DNA of 64,000 nucleotides from Candidatus Latescibacterota bacterium (GTDB taxonomy: Bacteria > Latescibacterota > UBA2968 > UBA8231): NCBI GenBank assembly GCA_965206595.1, contig OZ242214.1, positions 2,176,001 through 2,240,000 on the forward strand, given 5' to 3'. Of this stretch, positions 51,863 through 60,853 are shown in pieces. The notes under the pieces are model-generated. The model saw nothing but the letters and a program-made list of their open reading frames with translations. It was not told where the DNA came from and searched no databases. A program made the position numbers and the translations under genes. Position 1 is the stretch's first letter. Each line of letters starts with the position of its first letter.

Positions 51863-52427
51863 GACTCATCTGCATCGAGGGCCAGATCGCCGTACACTTC
51901 GCAGGTGGAAATGTGGTGGAAGCGCGGCACTTGGACATCGGCCGCGGCCTGCAACAGCTTTTGCGTCCCCACTACATTGGTCTGGAAAAAGGCCGAGGGA
52001 TTGACAATGGCTAAGCTGTTGTGCGATTCCGCGGCAAAGTTGACCACGTAGTCGGGGCGGTGGACCTCGAAGAGATGACGGGTTAGATCGGCATTCTGAA
52101 TATCGCCGCGGACAAAGGTGTAACGGTCGCCGTAGCTTGCTTCCACGTCCTGCAGGCTGGCCAAGTTGCCGGCGTAGGTGAGCAGGTCGTAGTTGACAAT
52201 GCAGTCGTCGGGATAGGTCGATAGCCAGTAGCGAATGAAATTGGAGCCGATGAAGCCGGCGCCGCCGGTGACGAACAGGGTAGTCATGGATGCTCTTGGT
52301 TAGGGATTAGGTGCGTGGTCCGTTATTTAATCAATTGTCTAACATTTGGGCGACTCGCAGCCGGGATTTCAGTAAATACCCTTATTACTACCCTTATTCA
52401 AGCATTACTACCCTTTTGATGATACGT

Positions 52428-52848
52428 TCATGGCGAGCGCCGTTTGAACTGCCAGCGTTTTATATCCTCAAATCGGTCAAAGTCCTTATCAAATGTCGCC
52501 ACATGGTCGCCGGAGGCCGTAGCTAGGGCAGCCAAGTAGCAATCCAGAAAGTCGTATTTTGTCGTCGCAAAGCGATGCAAAGCATCGAGCATTTCATCTT
52601 GCTTCATACAGCGTACACCGGCACTAATGATGACCTTACTCAGCCCTTCTGCAATCTGTTCGCGCTCGGTTTCGTAGAAGGAATTGAGCACCCCACACCG
52701 CTTCGGCAACAGCCACTTCGGTTAATATCAGCACACATTTTCCATCGCAAGCGTCCGAAAATAGTGCCCGAGCGGCCGGGGAGTGCTGAGCATCGTCGCC
52801 GCGCAGAAAACGAAGGAGGACGTTGGCGTCTAAAAGATACTTGATCAT
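52428..52848 (-). pseudogene. vapC: PIN-domain VapC-like toxin, frameshifted in a G run near 52692
   Basis: LDANVLLRFL...AEAVW/VLNSFY...DFLDCYL...ATFDKDF. Confidence 0.75.
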
Positions 52849-53105
52849 TCGTATCTGGCCGCTCTTGCTTTGCGTGCTGCTCCTCGTTCCTCGGATTTAG
52901 ACGCAGAGGGCTTGTCATCTGCAAGACAGCCATATAGATCCTTGAGCGTTTCGGGCTGGGGTTTCACCAAAACGGCACCGTCAGTCAACTCATAGATGAG
53001 CTGCTGCCGAGGCTTGAGGTGGAGTGCCTTGCGGACTTCGGCCGGGATGGTGGTTTGCCATTTATCGGTTAGAGTTGACTTGATCACGGGTCCATTCCTT
53101 TTCAT
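52845..53105 (-). CDS. AbrB/MazE-type antitoxin
   Basis: STLTDKWQTTIPAEVRKALHL; ATGA-coupled to the PIN gene. Confidence 0.82.
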   Translation of the reverse strand: MKRNGPVIKSTLTDKWQTTIPAEVRKALHLKPRQQLIYELTDGAVLVKPQPETLKDLYGCLADDKPSASKSEERGAARKARAARYE

Positions 53106-53170
53106 TGTTTTTATAAATCCATTGTTTTGAATATAACAATGCAAATCCAATCCGCATGGCGTCAACAAGC

Positions 53171-53440
53171 TCAACGATATACTTCACGCCTGTGGCCAAT
53201 CTTCACAATGAGGATGAGAAAGGCATCGTCCTTGATGTGGCTGATTACGCGATAAGCACCCACGCGGTATTTCCAGAATTCGCCTAACTTGGAACCCTTG
53301 AGGGCTTCGCCCATGCTCCGTGGGTCGTCCAGCGTGGCAACACGGTCATGCAAGAATCTTAGAATCCGCCTTGCCGCTTGTCGGTCTATTCTCCTCAATT
53401 CGCGCTCTGCATCCTTGGCAAGCTCAATCTGCCAAGCCAT
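53171..53440 (-). CDS. relE: RelE/StbE-family toxin
   Basis: DDPRSMGEALKG...WKYRVGAYRVI...KIGHRREVYR. Confidence 0.9.
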   Translation of the reverse strand: MAWQIELAKDAERELRRIDRQAARRILRFLHDRVATLDDPRSMGEALKGSKLGEFWKYRVGAYRVISHIKDDAFLILIVKIGHRREVYR

Positions 53441-53654
53441 GCTCTTTCATGACTTTCTCAAGCGGCACGGTCTGAGATTTCCCCTCGTGAATATCCTTCA
53501 GTCGTTGTTCGGCAAGATGCAAGTCTTCGAGGTCGTCCAGATACTCCCGGATAGCCTCAATCATATATTCTGTTTCGCTGCGTCCCGTGCGGGCAGCCAG
53601 TTTTTGCAGCCGTTCAAAGACTGTATCGGGCAACTGAAAAGCTACTCGGCTCAT
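53424..53654 (-). CDS. Ribbon-helix-helix RelB-like antitoxin
   Basis: RLQKLAARTGRS...EAIREYLDDLEDLHLAEQRL; overlaps relE. Confidence 0.85.
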   Translation of the reverse strand: MSRVAFQLPDTVFERLQKLAARTGRSETEYMIEAIREYLDDLEDLHLAEQRLKDIHEGKSQTVPLEKVMKEHGLAD

Positions 53655-53713
53655 GTCGCTTCTCCCATGGGTTATCTACGAATCGTCTCGTATCAACTAC
53701 TCCCCTGATTCTT

Positions 53714-54567
53714 GGACCTATCTCAAAATTGAAATTGTTTAAGTAAAATCAAAATGGATGCAAGTTGGACGAAGCCAAGAAAATTCTCCGGATACAATTC
53801 CCAGCGAGTGATCACTCGACGCTGCCATTGAAGCCAAGCAAAGAATCTCTCAACCATCCAACGCCGCACATATCGCCGCAATCGCCGTCCATCCTGAGTC
53901 TTTTGCTTGCTCCGATTCTGGCGATGCGGGACGATCATCTCGATCCCGTCTTTCTTAAGCTCTTCATCCAACGAATCGCTGTCGTACGCTTTATCGCCGA
54001 TCAAGTTGTCAGGTTGGTCTTCGATCAAGTAAAAGTCAAAGGTCGACTGAACCAGCGTCACTTCATGATGGTTCGCTGCATGCGTGCTCACCGACAAGGG
54101 AAGCCCATTGCCGTCCACGATCCCCATGACCCGCACCCCCTTACCTCGCCTGGTGTGGCCGATATCGGCACCTCCACCCTTGGCCGCCGAGAACATGCCG
54201 TCGATGAAAGCCTCCGATTCGTCCAGGCCCCCTTGCTCGTGAAGGGTCTGGGCCAGGTCCATGAGAACTTCGCGCACCACCCCTTGACGACACCCGTTTT
54301 GAAAACGGCGATGCACGGTTTTGTAGTTCGGATAGCACGGCGGCAACATAGGCCATCGAGCCCCGGTGTTTAGAATCCAAAGAACGGCTGCAAAAACATC
54401 ACGCGTGCAAACCGGTTTGCGACCCGGATGGCTCTTGGGACGATTTTCTTCAGGAAAGTGATGGCGGATTCGTTGCCATTGCATGTCGGTCAGATTGACC
54501 ATACACCAATGGTACATCACTGTCATTTCGGAAACAAGTTTAAGTTTGCCTATTTTGAGATAGGTTC
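53714..54567 (-). mobile_element. IS5-family element; transposase about 54502-53723
   Basis: IRs ggacctatctcaaaat / gaacctatctcaaaat; LTDMQW, IGDKAYDS, RWMVERFFAW. Confidence 0.88.
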
Positions 54568-54615
54568 TTGCAAAAACGCCGACGAGCACCCTAGTCTCGG
54601 CTCCTGCAAGCTAAA

Positions 54616-55010
54616 AGTATAGGTAAAATGAGGCACCTTTTTGGACTCTTCGGTCAAGGCGCTGAGCGCACAGCGAGGATCGTTGCCAGTCCTTCGACCG
54701 AGCTCGCAGTACAGTTTGGTTGCCTGTCCGCCCGTATCCGGATCAATCCGGGGCCTGAGGGACCGTTGAGGGCACACCCAGCCGTACGCCCGGCGCCGGC
54801 CACGGGTCGAGAAGGCAGATCAGGCGGCGAACTCGAACGGCGGCTGCGGCGGGGCCCTGGCAGGGGCCAACGCCGGGGGCCGCGCCGGCAAACCGACCCC
54901 GGTCAAATAGCATCGGATCGAGGCCGGATCGGTCAGGGCGGTGAGGATCCTCAGGCGCCCGCCACAGGCCGCGCATTCGCTGAGGTCGGAGGAAAACACC
55001 CGCGCCAGCC
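54616..55010 (-). mobile_element. IS91/ISCR-like 3' remnant with oriIS-like end, copy 3
   Basis: Same agtataggtaaaatgaggcacc end; LARVFSSDLSECAACGG...FEFAA. Confidence 0.85.
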
Positions 55011-55110
55011 ACACGGAGGTCGCCATCGCCGCTTGACCTCACAGATCTTGGTACTCCCGATGCGCAGGCGATGCACGGGATCCCGGAACACGGCGTTCCC
55101 GCAGGGTCAT

Positions 55111-56610
55111 TCAGACCGTGATCCGATCGGCCGTCCACGTGCCGGCATTCGCCAGGATGAAGTCGGGCTCCACGTACTGCTCGCGAAGAAGGTGCTCGTA
55201 TAGTCGGCCTTCGCTCACGCGATCGACCGGCGAGGTGTCGACGATACGGGTTGAAAGCGCTTCATCGAGCGCTTCGACAGTTCCGCTGCCCTCGTCGAAT
55301 TGCGCCTTCTTGCGCCACACAAGGTCCGCGGGCAGCAGGTCCTCGCAGGCCTTGCGCAGGATCCACTTCTCGGTCGTTTCGCTGGTTTGCTCGTCGACCA
55401 CGTTCATCTTCAACGATGCAGGGATCGACTGCGCAAAGTCGATGAGATCGCGATCGAGGAACGGCGTGCGCGCCTCCAGCCCCTGGGCCATGGTGATCCG
55501 GTCCACGCGCTGCAGATTGATGTTGTGCATGGCGCCGAGCGAGCGGGTGATCTCGTCCGCCAGGGCCCGCGGCCTGCGGGCATAGGCGTGGTGGTAGGTG
55601 TAGCCAGCGAAAAGCTCGTCCGCCCCTTCGCCCGTGAGCACCGCCTTGACATGACGGCGCGCCAAGGTGGTCGCGAAATGCGTCGGCATGGCGCTGCGCA
55701 CGAGATCGACGTCGGCGCTCTCGAGATGGTAGATCACGTGCGGCAGGGCTTCAGCGAGGTCGGCGGCGGTGAAGACGAGCTCGTGGTGGTCCGAGTCGAT
55801 ATGCGCGGCTACGGCGCGGGCGGCGGCGAGGTCGGGACTTTGCGCCGTGCCGACCGCGAAGGTCTTGAGCGGACGGTCGATGGCCCGCGCCGCCAGGGCT
55901 GCGATGACTGAGGAATCCAACCCGCCGGACAGGAAGGCACCGACCTCGACGTCGGCCACCATCCACTTGCGCACCGCCGCTTCGAGGACGAGCCGCAGCT
56001 CGCGCCAGATCGGTTCCGGATTCTCACCAGGCGCCAGCACGGCGGCGCCGTGCGGCATGCGGTACCACTCGCGAAAGCCATCGACGCTGTCGAACATGCC
56101 GCCGGGGTCGATGGTTTCGACCTCGTCCAGGCCAAGACCGTCGAACGCCTTCAACTCGGAAGCAAAGGCGAGGCCGTGGTCGATGCGCGCCATGAAGAGC
56201 GGCTTGATGCCGAGCGGGTCGCGCGCCGCAATGATCCGCTCCGGCGTGACCAGAACGAAGGCAAACATCCCGTCCAGCTTCGCGATCCACCGCAGTTCGT
56301 CGGACTGGAACAGATGCAGAATGGTCTCGCTGTCGCTTGACGTATGGAAGACGCTCTCGCCAAGGATCGCCCGCAAATCCGCGTGGTTGTAGATCTCTCC
56401 GTTGGCGACGAGCACGTTCTCGGCACTGTGGATTGGCTGGGCGCCGTCTTCGGGACCGATTATCGACAGCCGACAGTGGGCCATGACGGCCGGCACGTTC
56501 GGCGCATCGATCACACGCAGGTCGTCGGGCCCGCGGTGGGCGAGCTTCTCGATCATCCGACGCGCGAGCGAAGGATCATCGAGATTCCAAAGGCAGACAA
56601 AGCCACACAT
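55111..56610 (-). CDS. Asparagine synthase-like glutamine amidotransferase (AsnB family)
   Basis: N-terminal MCG, HRGPD, NGEIYNH, RDPLGIKPL, LSGGLDSS, GEGADELF. Confidence 0.9.
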   Translation of the reverse strand: MCGFVCLWNLDDPSLARRMIEKLAHRGPDDLRVIDAPNVPAVMAHCRLSIIGPEDGAQPIHSAENVLVANGEIYNHADLRAILGESVFHTSSDSETILHLFQSDELRWIAKLDGMFAFVLVTPERIIAARDPLGIKPLFMARIDHGLAFASELKAFDGLGLDEVETIDPGGMFDSVDGFREWYRMPHGAAVLAPGENPEPIWRELRLVLEAAVRKWMVADVEVGAFLSGGLDSSVIAALAARAIDRPLKTFAVGTAQSPDLAAARAVAAHIDSDHHELVFTAADLAEALPHVIYHLESADVDLVRSAMPTHFATTLARRHVKAVLTGEGADELFAGYTYHHAYARRPRALADEITRSLGAMHNINLQRVDRITMAQGLEARTPFLDRDLIDFAQSIPASLKMNVVDEQTSETTEKWILRKACEDLLPADLVWRKKAQFDEGSGTVEALDEALSTRIVDTSPVDRVSEGRLYEHLLREQYVEPDFILANAGTWTADRITV

Positions 56611-56789
56611 TTCATTCCTCATCGGTTGCGTCGGAGTGCCTCGTCTCCGCCGACGGCGCACTTGTCCCCCGTGGACGGCATCGGGCGTAGCCGCACCCTG
56701 GATGGGGCCGGCATCCGACAGGGCGGGCTCGGGATTCACAGGTTCGGCGGCATCCGCCGCTCGGGATCGGTATCCGACGTCTGCCGGTG

Positions 56790-57659
56790 TCACCCTGCCA
56801 GCAGCGTGTCCAAGGAGACTTGCCGGGTATCGCCGGCTGGCCGCGACACGAAAAACTCCGCGTGTAGATGCCCCTCGGCTTCCTTGCCGGCTGGATCGAT
56901 GCCCCGCTCGCGAAGCCGCTGCAGCACCTGCTCGCGTTCGCGATCGCTGACGAAACGCCGCTGCTTGAATGTCTTGTCCTCCAGCTTCTCGGTGACATAT
57001 CCCCAATCGGACAGCGTTGCCTCAATGGGTTCGAACTCCCAGAGCCGAAGCACGAAGTTGGCCATCCAGGGCAGATCGCCCCTGGTCACGGTCGGCAGCA
57101 ACCGCTCGAAGGTCTTTTCCGTGACGTAGCCGATGCAGCCCGTCGAGGTCATCAGATCGATGTCAGCCAGCTCCGGCATTGCCGAATCGAGGAGCGGGCC
57201 AGCCTCCAGATTCGCGACCACTCCCTCGTCAATCAACCCGGTCTCCTCGGCAAAAGCGACCGCGCGTTCCGCCCGATCGAGGCCGATGACTTCGAAGCCG
57301 TGCGATTCTTCCCGATCGGCGAAGAATTGTCGGTCATGCTCCATGACCTCCTCCGGGCTCGCATCCTGCAGCCGGTCCTGGCCCCAGTGATCGTAGAGCT
57401 GGGGCATCGTCATGTCGTGCTTGAGAAGGGCTCCGTTCACGCCATACGAGCAGCCGAGATCCAGCACGCGTATGGACTTCTCACGCAAACGCTGCAGACG
57501 GGAAATCAGTTTGAGGAATAGGGGCTTGCTGGCGCTGGGGGTCGCGTAGTCGAGCTTGCGCAGCTCGGAATAGTAGGCCCTGGGGTCCGGCTGATTGTAG
57601 ATGTGGTCCAAGTTGGCTTTGGCACCATGGTGCTTATTTTCAGAATCGTCTACCGGCAT
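56790..57659 (-). CDS. Class I SAM-dependent methyltransferase-like protein
   Basis: VLDLGCSYGVN, IGLD, TGCIGYV; RBS aaggag. Confidence 0.8.
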   Translation of the reverse strand: MPVDDSENKHHGAKANLDHIYNQPDPRAYYSELRKLDYATPSASKPLFLKLISRLQRLREKSIRVLDLGCSYGVNGALLKHDMTMPQLYDHWGQDRLQDASPEEVMEHDRQFFADREESHGFEVIGLDRAERAVAFAEETGLIDEGVVANLEAGPLLDSAMPELADIDLMTSTGCIGYVTEKTFERLLPTVTRGDLPWMANFVLRLWEFEPIEATLSDWGYVTEKLEDKTFKQRRFVSDREREQVLQRLRERGIDPAGKEAEGHLHAEFFVSRPAGDTRQVSLDTLLAG

Positions 57660-57890
57660 CGTTTTCTCCTTTGCTGGTGGTCGGAGCGGGTGCAGACAGC
57701 CGGTGCCCGAGGAGGGACGCCTTCAGGACTAGCGGCATATCTGACCCACTATACCGATGCACCGTAACACACGGCCTCGACCGGATATCGGGAATCTTCG
57801 CAGTCGTCCCCGGTACCGGAAGGGCACCTGGAAGCGGCTCGGCATCCATTCTCTGATCGTTTCCGTCAGAAGACCGTGACGAGAGTATAG

Positions 57891-58470
57891 AGTATAGGTA
57901 AAATGAGGCACCTTTTTTGGACTCTCGGGTCAAGGCGCTGAGCGCACCGCTAGGGTCAGGCAGCTCCCTGAGGATCGTTTGCCAGTCCTTCGGCCGAGCT
58001 CGCAGTACAGTTTGGTTGCCTGTAGGCCCGTATCCGGGCGACGGCGACGGGTCGAGAAGGCAGGTCAGGCGGCGAACTCGAACAGCGGCTCAGGCGGGGC
58101 CCTCTGCGGGGGCATCGCCGGCAGCCCTACCCCCTCCAGATAGGTCCGGATCGAGGCCGGACCGGTCAGGGCGGCGAGGATTCTCAGGCGACCGCCACAG
58201 GCCGCGCATTCGCTGAGGTCGGAGGAAAACACCCGCGCCAGCAGGGTCGCCCAGCGCAGTCGATGGCCGCAGGACGCAGCGCTCGCCGAGCCGTCCGCCG
58301 CCGCCGGCTCGGCAACCGGCAGGGCCGGCACGATGCGGTCGCGGGCCCGGGCCCGGGGCGCCAGGACCCCGTGGTAGCGCAGGAGATGAAACCGGGGCGG
58401 GGGGACCAGAGCCGCCCGCTTCTCCAGCAGGTCCATCGGAGACAGCAGGAGATGGCGGGTCCCATCCGAG
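57891..58470 (-). mobile_element. IS91/ISCR-like 3' remnant with oriIS-like end, copy 4 (longest contiguous)
   Basis: Same end; SDGTRHLLLSPMDLLEK.AALVPPPRFHLLRYHGVLAP...FEFAA. Confidence 0.85.
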
Positions 58471-58680
58471 CCTGACCACCAGTTCGGCCAGCCGATCATA
58501 GTCGAGGTCGAACAGAGCAAAGAAGCGTTGGATGCGACGATAGTTTGATTTTCTATCGGCGTTTCCATTCAAGCCGTTGGCGATGCGAACCAGGTTTACC
58601 TTGGTCACCTGGATTAAGGCTAACACCCAGGCGGCGAGGAACTTGACCCGGGCTTTGTGCCATGGCAGGTGCCATTGCAT
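58471..58680 (-). mobile_element. IS4-family transposase N-terminal fragment
   Basis: HLPWHKARVKFL...VNL...SNYRRIQRFF. Confidence 0.65.
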
Positions 58681-58851
58681 CGCCGTGTATAAATCTGTAG
58701 TTTGAGGTGATATAGACCTGCTCTTGGTGATCGGGGAAACATGGACTTCGGCACGCCAAACTTAATCTCTTGTCAATTCAGGGGGGGGGTCTTTCTCGTT
58801 TTGTCGCGTAGCATGGGCAAAGACTGAAATTGTCGCGAGCTGCGCTATCAA

Positions 58852-60711
58852 CCCTTGTTATTCATGGAATTTTAGTGGAGAGGGCTGTACTGGGTGCCTC
58901 CCATGCTTAGATTTCAGAGGGAAACACAAGGCAGTATCGCCCTTTGAACCCATCACACAGTAGGACACCCAATGGGTGAATTACCGTCACACACCGAGTC
59001 CGAGCAAGCCGGGCCGATTCAGCCGTCTTTCAACCGCTCCATCCACATCGAAGCCCGCCCCACCCACCTTGGCAGCGACACCGGTGCGCTGATGTTGCGT
59101 CAACTGCTCGAACACAGCCGGGTTCTGGATTGGGTCGACGCCCACTTCGAGGATCTCCGTACCCAAGACCAGATCACGCACCCGCTGCCGGAGCTGCTGC
59201 GCACACAGATCGTGCTGCTGGCACAGGGCTGGACCCACGCCGCCGACGCCGACGCGTTGCGCCAAGATCCGATCCTGCGTCTGGCGGTCAGCGATCGCAA
59301 AGGGCAGGCGCCGTTGCGCAGCGGCGACGAAGACCGGCCGCAGGGACTGGCCAGTCAGCCGACGCTGTCGCGCCTGCTCGAGCAAGCCTCGACTGCCTAT
59401 AACCGCGAGGTGTTGGAGGAAGCCGTCCTGCGCAGCGCCCGGTCTCGTTGCCGGCTGCTGGAAGGACGGATGAAATACGAGGAGTTGGCCGTCGACATGG
59501 ATGCCCTGCCGATGCCGGCGCACGGGCACCAGGCGGGGGTCGAATACAACGGCTACTTCCACGCCTCGGGGTACCATCCCCTGCTCCTCGGCTCGGCGCA
59601 GACGGGCGATTTCTTCGGTGCCGTGCTGCGGCCGGGCAACGTGCACGCCCATGAGGGCGCCTCAGAGGCTCTCGGCAAGCGCTTGGACTGGATTCAGTCG
59701 CATCTGGCCCGGCGCCTCATCCTGCGCTTCGACGCGGCCTCGGTGAGCGGGTCTTTCCTGAGTGAGCTGGAAGCGCGGGCCGACACCTCGTACGTGGCGC
59801 GCATCAAGAAGAATGCGCGCCTGGAGGAGCTGGCTCGTGCCTGGGTGGAAGGCTATCAGCAGGAGCTGGCGCAGCACCCGGAAGAGCTGCGGGAAGAGGG
59901 TTTTCGCTGTCGCGAGCTGCGCTATCAAGCCAGGTCCTGGGCGCAGCCCCGGCGGGTGGTGTTGGTCCTGGTCCCTTCCGAGACGGAAGAGCTGCCCATC
60001 GCCCGCCACTTCTTCCTGATCACCGACCAGAGTCCCCAGACGATGAGCGGCCGCGACCTGGTCGCCTTTTATCGTCAGCGCGGCCTTTTCGAGCGCATGC
60101 TCGGCGAGTTGAGCTCCACCCTCCAGCCTCAGCTCTCCTCTACCACCCGTCGCAAGCAACACTACCGGGGTCGAGAGCCGCGTCAGCGCACCCCGTCCCG
60201 GGATGCCTTCGCTGCCAACCAGGCGCTTCTGACCTTGAACCTGCTGGCCTACAACCTGCTTCACCTGGGCCGCCAGGCCGCCGAACGCGCCGAGGCCCGA
60301 CGCGGGCGGCCCCGCACATACGGACGCTCGACGACGGCCCTGAGCCTGGACAGTTTTCGACGGCGCTACCTGCGCCTGCCGTCCCGCGTCACCTTGCATG
60401 GGCGCAGGGTGGGCGTCATCCTGACCCAAGGGACGGCGGCTGCCTGGGATCGTCTGTGGAGATTTCTGGCCACGCTCAAACCGGTGGACGCGGCGATGGC
60501 GTAAGCGCAGGCCGGGTCGGTCGGGATGATGGGCTCGCAAAGGCAAGCGTCTTCGAGAAGGCGCGTACAATTTCAACAAGGTCGGTAGAGATAAGGAGAC
60601 GGCTCTACCCAAAAAGCCGACTATAGAAGGGACGCAAGCCTCTGAGGCTAAGCAAAGGGGTCTCGGAAGCGCCTATGTCCGCTTATGCGCGGGTTGAATG
60701 AATAACAAAGG
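58852..60711 (+). mobile_element. IS1380-family element; transposase 58972-60504
   Basis: IRs cccttgttattcat / cctttgttattcat; SDTGALML, ASQPTLSR, HGHQ.G..YNGYF, LRPGN, YRQRG..E. Confidence 0.88.
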
Positions 60712-60853
60712 TTGACAACAACCTCCGGTAGTCGTCGATCATTCCTTCCTTCCCCCCTGGCGGTTCCCCGATTCAAGGCACGCACTTCGGAGTTGGCAGG
60801 GTACGGTAAACTGATCGAGTGCTTCCCGCTGCTACCCCGCGAACCTGCCAAGG

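Larger units (their letters stand above)
46741..52287 (-). pseudogene. rfbB: dTDP-glucose 4,6-dehydratase interrupted by IS66(+ISL3) and IS256
   Basis: VTGGAGFIGSNF...STCEVYGD (52287-51863); YNAAK...PYQFPEK...DRPGHDRRY (48767-48219); end RPLLKQIQVREEGW* (46786-46741). Confidence 0.92.

Noticed and set aside
55111-57006. 631-aa N-terminally extended AsnB
   Set aside because: Class II amidotransferases need Cys at the mature N-terminus, so the start is MCG at 56610; the extension overlaps the methyltransferase.
57700-57880. SAM or other riboswitch upstream of the methyltransferase
   Set aside because: No recognisable consensus by eye; an Infernal/Rfam scan would be needed.
42047-58470. Repeats as integron attC sites or a structured ncRNA
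   Set aside because: They encode a recognisable IS91 transposase C-terminus, lack obvious RYYYAAC/GTTRRRY boxes, and no integrase is present.
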